Source of the DNA: Eledone cirrhosa
Lineage: Eukaryota
Reading direction: 5' to 3'
Length of the DNA stretch: 64,000 bases
NCBI GenBank assembly: GCA_964016885.1
Contig: OZ024742.1
Span: forward strand, 221,836,001-221,900,000
Of the stretch, positions 51,858 to 64,000 are shown one piece after another (the stretch's first letter is position 1; each line of letters begins with the position of its first letter). Position numbers and translations under genes: made by a program. Below the pieces are notes generated by a model. It had not been told where the DNA came from. It searched no databases and worked only from the letters and a program-made list of their open reading frames with translations.

Positions 51858-51980
51858 ATATATATATATATATATATGAGATGTCAACATGAATGGACCT
51901 GTTATTTTTATCTAAAGATATTTTTTCCAATTCCATCCCGCCCGTCCCGTGCCCTCAATCTATTTTATTTCTCATTCTTT

Positions 51981-52012
51981 CTTCTGATGAAGGACTAGCG
52001 TCTGAAACGTTA
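51981..52012 (+). ncRNA. Minimal hammerhead-like motif in a short pLTR-like cassette; relatives at ~54430 and 54638-54669
   Basis: CTGATGA-aggac tagc gtct-GAAACGTT; CCGATGA-agggc ttat gtcc-GAAACGTACGTC; stem I not evident. Confidence 0.45.
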
Positions 52013-52142
52013 ATACCCCCTTCCTGCTATATCAAGCGTTAACCTAATATATAACTTCCATATACTGTACCGATTGTGTTGTTTTTATCTGTTTACCTTT
52101 TACACACACACACACACGCACACATATATATATATATCTATC

Positions 52143-52381
52143 TAAGGCGGGTAAAATTCCCGAGATCCATGGACGAGTTCTCTCCAGCGGTCTCTGTCCC
52201 TCATTATCGCTGCCATGTCCTGCGTCTCCAACAGACCAGTGTCTGTCCTTAGGGCATCAACATACGTTAACCTTGGTCTTCCTCTTCCAGTGTGTCCATG
52301 TAGGGGCTCCCAAAGGAGCACTGAGTGCAATGTCAACTCTGGATGTCGGTGAGCATGTCCAGCTAACCTCAGTCTCATCAC
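52143..52381 (-). mobile_element. RTE-X-like LINE 3' fragment
   Basis: RLRLAGHAHRHPEL..LLWEP.HG..RGRP..YVD.L..DTGL..DR..WR. Confidence 0.8.
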
Positions 52382-52590
52382 GAGCGCTCTATCTCAAAAT
52401 TATTTTTGAAAAGCATTAGAAATGCGCAACCGGTAAAAACTTAAAACTAAAACTGAATACTAACCAATACTTATTACCAATTTATACTTATTCCTAATTA
52501 AACTATTTTTCACTGGGAAAAATTTGTCAGCATTTTCTTTTCCTTTTACTAATATATCACAACTCGTGTGTTACACCTCTATTTTTTAAG

Positions 52591-52620
<30 letters not shown>

Positions 52621-52621
<1 letters not shown>

Positions 52622-54312
52622 AGCAAAGGGATATTTAATTTGTTGGTAATTCAACAAATATATATATATTTATAACTAATTCGAAGCACTCGACAGATTT
52701 TCTGGAGTATAATATCAATGATATTTATAAATGGAAACTATATTTATAAAACCATATTTATTCTATTATATATATTTCAAGGGTACCAACACTTTGGTAC
52801 GCTCTCATCAGATAAAATACAAAGTTTGTTTTATAAATATTGACATATTCAGGAACCAGATCTTAACGGTTCAAGTTTTACCTGGATAGTAAAACGAAAA
52901 TTATCAAATTATTAAGATGAATATGCAAATGAGGTTGAGGCACAGGGCTGAAAAAAAACGTTATTTTTAGACGCTAGGTAGATTTAAATAATTATTAGGA
53001 TATATATATGTATGTATAGGAAGAAGAAAGAGAAAGAAAAGAAAGCTTGTATTTACGTGAATTTAAAAAGATTGAAACGTTAAGAATTAACAGTTTGTTG
53101 GAGTGGTGGAACAATAATATAGATCTCACACAAAATAATATATAATTTCCTCTACATACTTTCCGCATTTTCTAAGAAAATTATTCATCAACTATTCAAT
53201 ATCTTGGGGAACGATTTCGAAAGCACCTGCATACCGAAATATGGCTTTCTCAAGAATCTGTCATTTGTGTATCGAGGAAATTTTTTATATAATTAACTCT
53301 CAAAATTCTATTAATTTAAAAAGCGAAATATTTAGTTCTTGCAGACATCGCCAAAAATCCACTTTCCGAAGTATTTTTAATCTATAGTATTCATTACACT
53401 TGATCACATCTTATACATCTTTAAAATGATCCTGTTATTTACTGAGGTTTTTTTTTAAATGAAAATGTTTTTAAATGATCTTCCTTCTTAAATTTAGTAT
53501 TTTTACCAATTGATATTCTTTTCTTAATGATACTCTTCTTAATCTATTTTTTAGATTTATATATATTCTTTTAGAAATGCAGTCTCGACTTATCTAATGA
53601 TACATTTTTCCTCTCTTTAATCTTCAAACTTTTCACACATCTTTCAACGTAGATAATATATAATTGAAATTCTCATCCTTGAAAACATGTAATGTAAAAT
53701 ACCTTATAATCTCACACAAAATAATATATAATTTTCTCTACATACTTTCCGCATTTTCCTAGAAAATTATTCATCAAATTCAATTTTAATAGTTTAACAA
53801 ATATTATTGGAGTTATCTTTTCCTTTTTATTTTCCTTTACAATTGAACAAACATAGACGACATAATAACTTGTATGATAAATTATGTAATTTCGCTAAAT
53901 TAATAATGTTCTGAAAATATTTTCAATGTTGGATGAAAATATTTGAATCTACAAATTGTTTTTCTCTTATAATTTGAACTACGTCTTTTCTTAAATATAG
54001 ATATATATAATGTAAAATCAACATCCTTCGTAACTCATATTAAAAATGTAAAGAAATTAATACGTGTGTTTTATATCTATATAATCACCAATAATATTTA
54101 TATTTATACACTTATTAATCTATATAGATATTTTTATACTTACAACCTGTTACAATATAATAAGTACATACAACCATAATTCTTCATATAATCTAATTGA
54201 TTATATATATATTATAACTCATAATTTAGCTAAATATTCTTTAAATTCTGGAATCATATTCCACTACTCCAACAAACTGTTAATTCTTAACGTTTCAATC
54301 TTTTTAAATTTC
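52621..54312 (+). mobile_element. Naiad-type PLE 3: inverted pLTR 52621-53112, ORF tail 53213-53388, 3' UTR
   Basis: ISKAPAYRN..ICHLCIEE..FSSCRHRQK; HHR-like motif at 52766-52815 (-); 53060-53110 is the inverse of 54260-54311. Confidence 0.75.
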
Positions 54313-54788
54313 AAATATGATGCAAGACAGGACGATCTCATCAGGTAACTTCGACAGAATTACATAATAGGGTTACATTGAACCCAAACAACCTTCCAAC
54401 CTCCTCCCTCTCATAACTTTACTCTTTTCTGGTGAAGGACTAACGTCTGATACATCGTGACATTCTTTTTTCTTTTCCCACAAGCGGGGAACTATTTTAA
54501 TTTTGAACCATACACATACATTTATGCATATCATGTTGTATATTCAATTTTATTTTTATTTCTATTTTTCCCGCCCTTTCATGTTTTTCCTGCTAACTTC
54601 CCCTCACACCTTCTCGGAGTTCCTCCCTCCCACTCTCCCGATGAAGGGCTTATGTCCGAAACGTACGTCGTAACCACTCACTCACCCTCACCAAGCGTGA
54701 AGCTAATAATACCATGTAACATTTACTCCTGCGTTTGTTTGTATTTTGTTTTCTGTTATTTCGAACTATATATATATATATATATATA

Positions 54789-57452
54789 TAGGAATCAGTA
54801 AGACCCCGACAGCTGAGCTCAAGCCGTTTCGACGGCTAATTCTGGACTAAATGAAAATTTATCCTGGTATTTAAATAGCCGATCTTCTCAAGGGGTAATT
54901 CCATATATGGTCAAAGTGATTGTCAAAAATCAGTAGTAATTCTGTGGTTGCAAATTAGTAGGGGAGATGGTGGCTAAACCTGCCAGTAGGAGAAAGGGGG
55001 GAGGGGGTGGAGTAGACCCAATCAAGCGTTGGTAGTGCCAGCTACAGCTGGGCATGAGGTCAAAGAAGATACAGGGGAGGGGGAGGGGGAGGAAGTCGGA
55101 ACGGTAGGTAGAACAATGGGGGTAGAAATATATAGGAAAGAAAAAATACTGAGAGTGAAGAAAAGCAAATAAGTGTAAAGAAAAAAGTAAAGTAAATTAA
55201 ATTCTACGACCTAGGTCTCAGGCTATTGTTAGGCTAGAATAAAATAAAGAAAGAAAGAAAGAAGTAAAGAAATAAATAAATAAAGAAATAACGAAATAAG
55301 TAAAAGAACTAGGTGGGACGGTATAGGCAAGGACCCTTTTAAGAGGTATAAGTACGTAAATGATACGGTGACGGGTCAACAAAAGGGGCCAAAATACTAA
55401 AGAGACTACCACGAAATAAACAATAAAGGTTTCCATCCCGGGCCAGCAACGACCCAGTGCAGCCTCGGGTGGGCGAGAAAAGACGCCGACAAAGGAGAAG
55501 AGCTGGGGTAGAAGGACTAAGGAGAGAGGGGGGAAGGAAATAAAGGAAGCGATAAAAGAATACAAAGAAGATCTTACGTCTTCCTTGGCAAGCAGGGGTT
55601 ACCCATTGCAAAATCGGCAAGTGGGGTGTTATAGCCCTAGTCTACCCCCCCCCCCCCGGGTCATTATGGGGTTTGAGGGCGAGGTAAGTCCTACGCAATC
55701 TATGTTTACATGCAGTGACCAGTTCATCTTTCTTGTTTAGGAGTTGGTCCGTCGAAAACAGCATTTGTAAAGTTTCCTCCGAGCATAAATTGCACGGACG
55801 GCGTCCTCCCGTGTAAGAATTGGCTCTGGACAGTAATCTCCAAGTGAGATCATAGGTGATGTTGTTGTCCTTGAGGTCCCATATGTGGCCCGAAAGTGTA
55901 GTGGCGTGACGCCGGGCCGGGTTTCGGAAGGTATGTCTATGTTGGTATAGCCGGGTCTTGAAGTCACATGCGGTAAGTCCTATATAGGCTTTGTTGGAGG
56001 TATCCGTCCTCACGTTGCACTGGTAGATCACATTACGGTCTCTGCATCTATTGTCGAGTGGGCAAATAGATCTATCCGGGCAGTTACACCTCCTGGTCGG
56101 TTCTCCACTGCTATTTAGGTTATTTCTGCCATCGGGGTTGAGTTTTTTGTTGTTAGAGGAGACGATGTTTTGTGCGAAGTTTGGTGTAGTGCTGTAAGAG
56201 AGTTTGATGGTATTTTTGTTAATTATGTTGTGGTAGCGGTGTTGTAATGGGAAGTGTTTTTCAATGAGCCTAAAGAATAGTTTCCCGATGGGAGTTGTCA
56301 CCTCTGCGTTGTGGGGAGGATTGAACCATGTTACATTGCGTGAGCGGCGGTGTCTCCTGCTGGTTCCGCTAATAGGAGCTGGACAGTAGGATATTTCCTC
56401 CCGGAAACCACTCCGCTTGAGGGCCTGGTTGTAATAAGGCGCATGTTCATCGAATATCCGCTCATTAGCTGACAAACGGGATATGCGGAGGGAGATGTTT
56501 TTGACCAGGTTGTTTGTGATGTTCCTAGGATGGTTTGATCGGCGGTGGATGTAGTGCAGATTGTCATTAGGTTTCCTGTATGGGTAGTACAGGTCGTTTT
56601 CGAGGTCGAGGGTCACGTCCAGGAAGTTTACTCGGGTCAGGGACGTTTGTAGGGTTATTTTAAATCCCCAGTCGCGGAAGAATCTGATTAATTGTTTCCG
56701 GACCCGATCTGTACTACTGGGGTTGTACCCTTTAAGGGTAAGGAGCCCATCATCACGGTACAATCCACCACCGAATGCGGGAAACATATCAGTGAGTTTG
56801 GCTATTAGGAATAATCCTATAAGATCTGTGACCTCCGCCGAATCCGTGGCGCCCATGCTGACGTCGAAGGGTGAGTCGGGAGCTCTTTTTATCCATTTAG
56901 AGTCGTCAAAGAGTAAGACTGTCTTCCTGGCGTGGAGGATGATTTTTCTTTCCTGGTCGGTGATGGGCACAAGTGTTTCGGCGAAGTCCAAGGCGGCAGT
57001 AAGTAGCGGTAAGGTGATTGAAGCATAGTAGCTCTCTATGTCGAACTGTATGAATTTAGTTTCTCGTTTATCCTCCATATTGCTGAACCAGGAGATTACT
57101 TCCTGGGTGTTGATCCATAGGCTAAGTCGGGTGTGTTGCTTGACTTTTGGTATCACGCGGTCTAGGATTTTTTTGCTGATTCTCCCTATGTCGGACTTCG
57201 TTGGGTTAATAAGCCTGATAGAGGGTTTACGGTCAAAGTCGGATTTATGGTCCTTCAGTGTGAACTATGGTGTCCGTGGGTCTAGAGGTTCCGTGCGGTC
57301 GGCGACCCCGAGGCTGGAGGTGATTTGTTGTCCATCTCGATTTATGTCCTCGATGCAAGAGTGGTTGGCCTTTTTATAGGTGGAGTTTAGGCTGCTCCTG
57401 ATCAGTGTGTGGTATCTGTCAGGGTTGACAAAGTATAGGTTCCCAGTTTTAT
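54789..57452 (-). mobile_element. Naiad-type Penelope-like element 4, 5'-truncated at the DKT motif
   Basis: RT plus GIY-YIG ORF and ~850-nt 3' region ending in (TA)n. Confidence 0.9.
55642..57452 (-). pseudogene. PLE RT-GIY-YIG polyprotein, one TAG at 57265-57267 followed by an open frame to 55642
   Basis: KTGNLY, TLKDHK, RLINP, FDIESYY, MGA, GLYRDDGL, NFLDVTL, SNHP, CNCx5CPL, IY..YIGLT..R..H, CNLC.EE. Confidence 0.9.
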
Positions 57453-58328
57453 GTGTTCTCCCTCTCACTTTCACCCTCTCGTCTGACCGTTTAGCAGTTC
57501 TCTTCTCACTTACAACTGCGGCCATCAGACGTGTGTCTTCTTTCTCTCGATTACTCGGTCTCGTACTTAAGTTCTATTATCGAGTGGTCTTCGATTTCCT
57601 ACCTATAGTTGCTCGCACATTGCTCGGTTTGTGTTTTTTTTTCGCTATTTTGTTACTGTTTCTCTTTTCTTCCCCTTTGCTTTACTTCCCCTCCTTCCTT
57701 CGTTTTCCCTGTAACTTATCCAGTTAGTGACGCCCTGGGATGAAGTGGTATCTTGTCTTTAAAGCGTAGAAATATCCTAGACCCCCAGTAGACAACTGAT
57801 GAGGAAAACTCCCCCCACCCTGTTCTTGCTTTCTTCGTATTCCCACTGCATTTTAAGTTATATATATATATATTTATATATATATATATAAATATATATA
57901 TATATAAATATATATATATATAACTTAAAATGCAGTGGGAATACGAAGAAAGCAAGAACAGGGTGGGGGGAGTTTTCCTCATCAGTTGTCTACTGGGGGT
58001 CTAGGATATTTCTACGCTTTAAAGACAAGATACCACTTCATCCCAGGGCGTCACTAACTGGATAAGTTACAGGGAAAACGAAGGAAGGAGGGGAAGTAAA
58101 GCAAAGGGGAAGAAAAGAGAAACAGTAACAAAATAGCGAAAAAAAAACACAAACCGAGCAATGTGCGAGCAACTATAGGTAGGAAATCGAAGACCACTCG
58201 ATAATAGAACTTAAGTACGAGACCGAGTAATCGAGAGAAAGAAGACACACGTCTGATGGCCGCAGTTGTAAGTGAGAAGAGAACTGCTAAACGGTCAGAC
58301 GAGAGGGTGAAAGTGAGAGGGAGAACAC
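57452..58328. repeat. ~410-bp near-identical inverted repeat arms around a (TA)n core
   Basis: 57452-57860 is the reverse complement of ~57920-58328. Confidence 0.92.
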
Positions 58329-58889
58329 ACACATACACACAAGTACCCACAAACATACCCACAAGATGTGAGTCTCATTTGGATTAGTTATGCTTCAGTC
58401 ACGACATCTGTTTATGAAATAGTTTTTTTACACAAAAATGTCTCTGTCTTTGTCTTAGTGTTGTTTTGTTGTTTCTTCTCACCACATTTACGCAGAAACA
58501 ATGCTAACAAGGTTGTGAGTCATTTCAAATTATTGTCTGCCTTTACTATCAGTTTGTTTAACCATATCAAATGTTTTCACGTTCAACATTCACTGTTTTG
58601 TATTATCTGCCGTCTGTCTATATCAGTGGTGTTGGGGACGTTTCTTGTAAGATTCTGTAATTATTTTGCAAAAATGTATTATAAAAAGAGTTTGTTAATT
58701 TAATTGTTTAATGTGATGCATTCATGGAGCTGTTTTGTACCTTTCAAGAATATCTTGCAAATGTAGTTTCGTATGGTTTGTTAATTCAAATGTTTCATGT
58801 GGTGCAGTCATAGCGCTGTTTTGTACCTTTGAAAAATGTCTTGCTAATGTAGTTTCATGTGCTTTGTTAATTCAAATGTTTAATGTGAT

Positions 58890-59180
58890 GTGGAGGTGCG
58901 TGGCTTAGCGGTAAGGGTATTGGACTTATGATCATAATGTCGTGGGTTCGATTCCTGGACTGGGTTGCGTGTTGTGTTCTTGAGCAAAAACACTTCATTT
59001 CACATTGCTCCAGTATACTCTGCAGAAAATGAGTACCAGCAATAGCAGAGGGTTTAACCCTGCGATTGACTGGTGTCCTGTCCAGGGAGAAGTCTTGTAC
59101 TCTCAGTCACTTCACGCCATGAAACTGGGATAAGCACCGGCTAACGATTCCTTTGGCTTAAGACAGACTTTAGACTTTTA
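58890..59180 (+). mobile_element. tRNA-derived SINE of a different family (gttgtgttcttgagcaa..cactt core); relatives at ~28915, 32330, 33500-33630 (-), 60147
   Basis: A box tggcttagcgg, B box ggttcgattcc, CORE/V-like segment. Confidence 0.65.
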
Positions 59181-60988
59181 GAATGTCATATTTTGCTTAT
59201 GTAGTTTCATGTGTTTGCTAATTCAAATTTTTATAGTATAATTTCCAGTGTACAGATAGCTGTGGAGATGTGTAATATTTTGTACCATTCACGAATGTCT
59301 TGCTAATGTGGTTTCATGTCGTTTAATTCGAATGTTTATAGTATCTTTACTAGTAGACAGATAGTTATGATATTGTGTAATATCGGAGTTAAAATTTCAC
59401 CTTTTAATGTGATGCTGTCATAGAGCTGTTTTGTACCTTTCAAGAATGTCTTGTTAATGTGGTTTCATGAGATTTATACTGGAAGGCTCGCATTGAAATG
59501 AGCTGACATCCAGTTATTTTACGAAATATATATGTATGTATGGTCTCGTAACTCCTGATAGTGTCGTAGGGGCGCCGTATTGACATATGGCGTTTCTTGG
59601 GCATTTTAAGCCTGGCGGAGCTCATCGCTCTTCGGGCCTGAGTACAGCAGATTTATTCCAGAGAAAGATAGAAAGTGAGAGAGAGGAAATGAGAAAGAGA
59701 TATTGAGTAAGAATCCATCCCAGTACTAGACTGGTACATTTTTTATCGACTTCGAAAGGATGAAAGACAAAGTTGACCTCGGCGGGATTTGAACTCAGAG
59801 AGTAGAGAGCCGGAACCAATACCATAAAGCATTTGAGCCGACGTTCTAACGACTCTGCCAATTTGCCGCCTATTTTACGAAATATACTTATCTATAAAAA
59901 CTAACAAAACCTAAATTTTTTTATGCTTGTTTCTGTTGGGAAAATAAATTTCCAACTTCGAACGTGCTTACGCCATTCAAGAAGCCTGCATCCACTCTTT
60001 CAGAATGCCACACACGGCCTAAAGCTGCAAGTTTCCAACCCCTTGTCTGCATCGTTATACTCATAGAAAAACAAACCAATAAACAAATGAAAGCCATGTA
60101 GAATACGCAGTATTTTTGTTTTAGTTTTATATTATTTTCAGTCATTGCGAAGACGCATGGTTTCGTGGTAAGAGTGTTATGATCACCATCGTAAGGTCGT
60201 GAGTTCGATTCCTTGACCGGGCAGTGTGTTGTGTCTTTGAGCAAGACACTTTTTTCAAGTTACTCCGGTCCGCTTAGCTGGAAAAGATGATTTACTACGA
60301 CACTGGTGCCAAGTTATACCGGCCCTTGCCTTTCCCTTGGATAACATTGTATATAGTGTGTATGCAGTATATATATATATTGTGTATATGGGTTACAATG
60401 ACACTGCTATATTGATGTATGACTTTCCGTTGGATAATATTAGTATCGTGGAAGGGCGGTAGATTGGCAGCATCGGTGGAGCATCGGACAAAATGCTTTA
60501 TGGCATAGAGTTAAGGCCCTTTATGATCTTAGTTCAAATCCTGCCGAGGTTAGCTTTGCTATTCATCCTTACGGGGGTCGATAAAATAAAGTACCAGTAA
60601 TGCACTGGGGTCGATTTAGTTACCCTTGTGCCTAAACTGGCATGTATGATCTGCCACAAAAATATCTTTCCTAACCTTGCGCCTTGAAAAAGCTATAACC
60701 GAAGCGGGCGTTAAGGTTTACATCATGCTGAAGCACCTCCTTGAAAGGTTTTAGTAGATCATATAGATTCCTGAATATATTTTCTGTTTCAAATCTACTA
60801 TTTATTTTAACGTTTTCCTTTTGTTTTTGGTATCAAAATGATGAATGCTTCCGATAAACAGCCGCATGACGGGGTTGAGGGAAAATTGAGAGTCCTTGTT
60901 TTCTCCGATTGTTGAAACTGTCCATCTTCGTGGTAATTTTGAAATAGAATGCTACGCAGTCTTTTCCCATTCTATCCCTTCTCCCCCT

Positions 60989-61100
<112 letters not shown>

Positions 61101-61182
61101 GTGAAAAATTGAACGGGAACAAAACAGAGAGGCAGTACGAACAAAGGTTTATTAGTTTCACGCTCTTGAGAGTGGGCTGGTG

Positions 61183-61220
<38 letters not shown>

Positions 61221-61303
61221 CTGTGTATGTATATATATACGCACACACAAACACACACACACACATATAAGAGTGAGAAATGAAATTTCGTTTCATTTTT
61301 TCC

Positions 61304-61358
<55 letters not shown>

Positions 61359-61363
61359 CATAC

Positions 61364-61864
61364 AGGGATGCGGACAAACATCCTACCGGACATAAACCCC
61401 ACGTTGTAGAAAATATAACAGTAAAAGATAAAATAAACCCGTTATGAAATGTAATTTACCTGATATATCAGCCTATGTTTTCAAATTCTGTATTACCTTT
61501 CAGTATGTAGTATTTTGTCCTGGGTCTTTTTCTTGTGGAAATTTTGTTCTGAAGATTTTGTCCTCTGGGTTTTTGTCTAGAGCTATTTTTGCCCTATGGT
61601 GTTTCTGTCCTGTGGTCTTTTTGTCCTGTGGGATTTGTCCTTTGGTGTTTTTGTCCTGTGGTGTTTTTGTCCTATGGGATTTGTCCTGTGGTGTTTTTGT
61701 CCTGTGCTATTTTTGTCCTATGGTGTTTTTGTCCTATGGTGTTTTTTCCCTGTGGTGTTTTTATCCTGTGATGTTTTTGTCATGTTGGTTTTTGTCCTGT
61801 GGAGATTTTGTTCTGGAGATTTTGTTCTGTGGAGTTTTGTCCTGTGAGGTTTTTGTCATGACCT
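61364..61864. mobile_element. MITE with subterminal 15-16-bp tandem repeats (possibly Mutator-like)
   Basis: ggacaaacatcc/ggacataaacccc at left, array of ttttgtcctgtggtg at right in inverted orientation. Confidence 0.5.
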
Positions 61865-61948
61865 ATATATCTGACAGTGGGGTAAAATGTATATACTACA
61901 GTTTGATAAAAATTTAAAGACGTTTCCATTAAATGATTGTATTTTCAG

Positions 61949-62100
61949 GTGATACAATTTTTTTTCATTCCAATCTAATCCATATGGCTGACCAGAACAA
62001 AAGTGACAAGCGACGTTGGACCATTCTGTATTCCTACAATCTCCGAGACAATGATCCTGTCTACAAGCATCATCACCCGCAATATTCATATTTAGAGAAG
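61949..62100 (+). CDS. PhyH-family dioxygenase exon G (distal His and 2OG-binding Arg)
   Basis: ttttcag|GTGAT...AAG|gtatgt; (G)DTIFFHSNLIHMADQNKSDKRRWTILYSYNLRDNDPVYKHHHPQYSYLEK. Confidence 0.93.
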
Positions 62101-62669
62101 GTATGTAAACAAAAGAATCTAGGAAAAATTCACAGGAGAAAAAGCCACATTTTATATAACCCTTTCAATATCATATTTAAAATAAAAAACAGCCAATAAT
62201 TTTCAAATAGTTTTGAAAACCAAGAATGTTCAAAGATTTTGTAATATAACTAACTTTCCCATTTTAAAACTAATGTTCGGAATATTTTCTAATTTTACGT
62301 TTTCTCAAATTAATCTATTTATTGTACAGCGTCTTTGTCCCTACTCTCGTTTTTATATAACTTTGTACAGCTACATATGTAATTATTCCCTATAAAAATG
62401 CACCCCACACACATTTACAAATGTTCCCTTACACCCCTTACAGAGTTTCACCCCTACATCTCCTGTAGAGGTCAACCCCATACCCCCCTCCCATCAGAAG
62501 TCAACTCTACAACACCTATACAAATTCATCCCTCCGTCCTCCACACTGACGCACCCATCAAACCAACCCGCAAATTTATCCTATTGTAAACAATTACGTT
62601 TATCATGTTTACTGTATTTCAATGTGTAGGTCCTTGTGGCTTCTAAAGAAATCATTATTATAATTATTA

Positions 62670-63617
62670 CGGTGGATTGGTAGAGTCGTTAGAGCATCGG
62701 ACAAACGCTTAGCATTATTATTTATTCTGGGTCTTTTTTAGTTTAAATCCCACCGAGGTAAATTTTGCTAATCATCTTTTCCAGGTTAGTAACATAAAGC
62801 ACCAATAGAGTAGCAGGGCCGATATAATTGACTTGCCCTTCCTTCTAAAGATTGTTGGCCATTATTATTTGTCTTTTAGGGCAGTGGATTGGCAGAATCG
62901 GTAGAGCATCGGACAACATGCTTAGCGGCATCGTATTACGGCCCTTTACGTTCTGAGTTCAAATCCCGCCGAGCTTAGCTTTGCCTTTCATCCTTACGGG
63001 GGCGATAAAATAGAGTACCAGTGATGCACTGGGATCGATTCAGTCGACTTTCCCTCTTACCGCAAAAATTGCTGGCCTTGTTCTTAAATCAGAATCCATT
63101 ATTATTTCTCTTTTAAACGTATGGGGTCGATAAAATAAAGTACCAGTAATGCACTGGGGTCGATTTAAGCGACTTTCCCTTGCCCCCAAATTGCTGGCCT
63201 TGTGCCAACATCAGAAACCATTATTATTACTTGCCCTGGTGGTCAGGGTGGACGTGGTCTTTTATGTGGTTGTCGCCACGAGTAACCCTCGAAGGTTTCC
63301 CCCTATTGGGGAATTTTTCATTGTTTGAATTTTCATTTTTATTGTTTATATATATGTATATGTTTCTATGTCTTTTTTTTCTTTTTTGTTTCTTATATAA
63401 ATAATGGTTTCTGATATAGGCACAAGGCCAGCAATTTTGGGGGAGGGGAAAGTCGATTAAATCGACTCCAGTGCATTGCTGGTACTTTATTTTATCGACC
63501 CCGTAAGGATGAAAGGCAAAGTTAACCTCGGCGGGATTTGAACTCAGATCATCAAGGGACATAACTCTATGCTGCAAAGCATGGCGTCCGACCCTCTACC
63601 GATACTGCCAATCCACT
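62670..63617. mobile_element. Cluster of Deu/Nin-core SINEs (62670-62860 +, 62880-63100 +, 63123-63225 +, 63402-63617 -)
   Basis: Family match. Confidence 0.75.
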
Positions 63618-64000
63618 GTATATAAATAATAAAAAAAATCTTTACACGCACAAAACCCACATCGTACCGTCCTGTATCGTCCTGTGCGGTCTGTAATGTT
63701 TTTCTTGATGTCAACCCTTGTGGCCAATAAAGAAATCATTATTATTATTATTATTATTTGCATTTGCATTTATCTTGCTTTATGTTCATACGAGTTATCA
63801 CCAAGTCACAACCAGTGACATCAAGAGACAAGGTCCGCCATGTTCAAGAAAGAACATACATACACACACATGCATCTTTAGGTGTTTAGACTTGTGATGT
63901 ACTTATATTGACAGAATCTTCCTCAGTATATGGGCAGTTCCCATTAGTACTATCTTTTGTATTTCTCCTATACGCGGGTTTCCTGGGATTTGCGATAAGT

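Noticed and set aside
55642-57156. Selenoprotein-type Naiad (UGA at conserved Cys plus SECIS)
   Set aside because: The CxCx5C and CxxC positions are Cys codons in the copies that retain them; the only premature stop is TAG; no convincing SECIS seen
57740-57775. SECIS-like ATGA...AAA...GA
   Set aside because: Spacing too short, no helix II pairing, and antisense to the PLE ORF
58890-58965. tRNA genes
   Set aside because: A/B boxes belong to SINE heads; no complete cloverleaf found

Overview
AT-rich, microsatellite-dense metazoan DNA; the SINE and repeat content suggests an octopod cephalopod (inference). Almost the whole window lies inside one plus-strand host gene, a PhyH-family Fe(II)/2-oxoglutarate dioxygenase (L-proline trans-4-hydroxylase/EctD-like). 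I can splice 7 phase-consistent GT-AG exons (1909-62100); its start and final exon are not identified here. The introns are packed with mobile DNA: a TIR/TSD-complete Tip100-type hAT, Buster and Chapaev3 remnants, Charlie and pogo MITEs, Helitron-type non-autonomous elements, CRE/R4/RTE LINE fragments, many tRNA-derived SINEs and a cluster of Naiad-type Penelope-like elements (PLEs). The most striking signal is roughly 20 type I hammerhead ribozyme (HHR) motifs from several families, mostly in short non-coding cassettes inserted in (TA)n/(CA)n tracts. Several cassettes are near-perfect palindromes with mirror-image ribozymes, and some have greatly enlarged stem II domains (up to 85 nt). All calls were made by eye; TE boundaries are approximate unless TIR/TSD are quoted.
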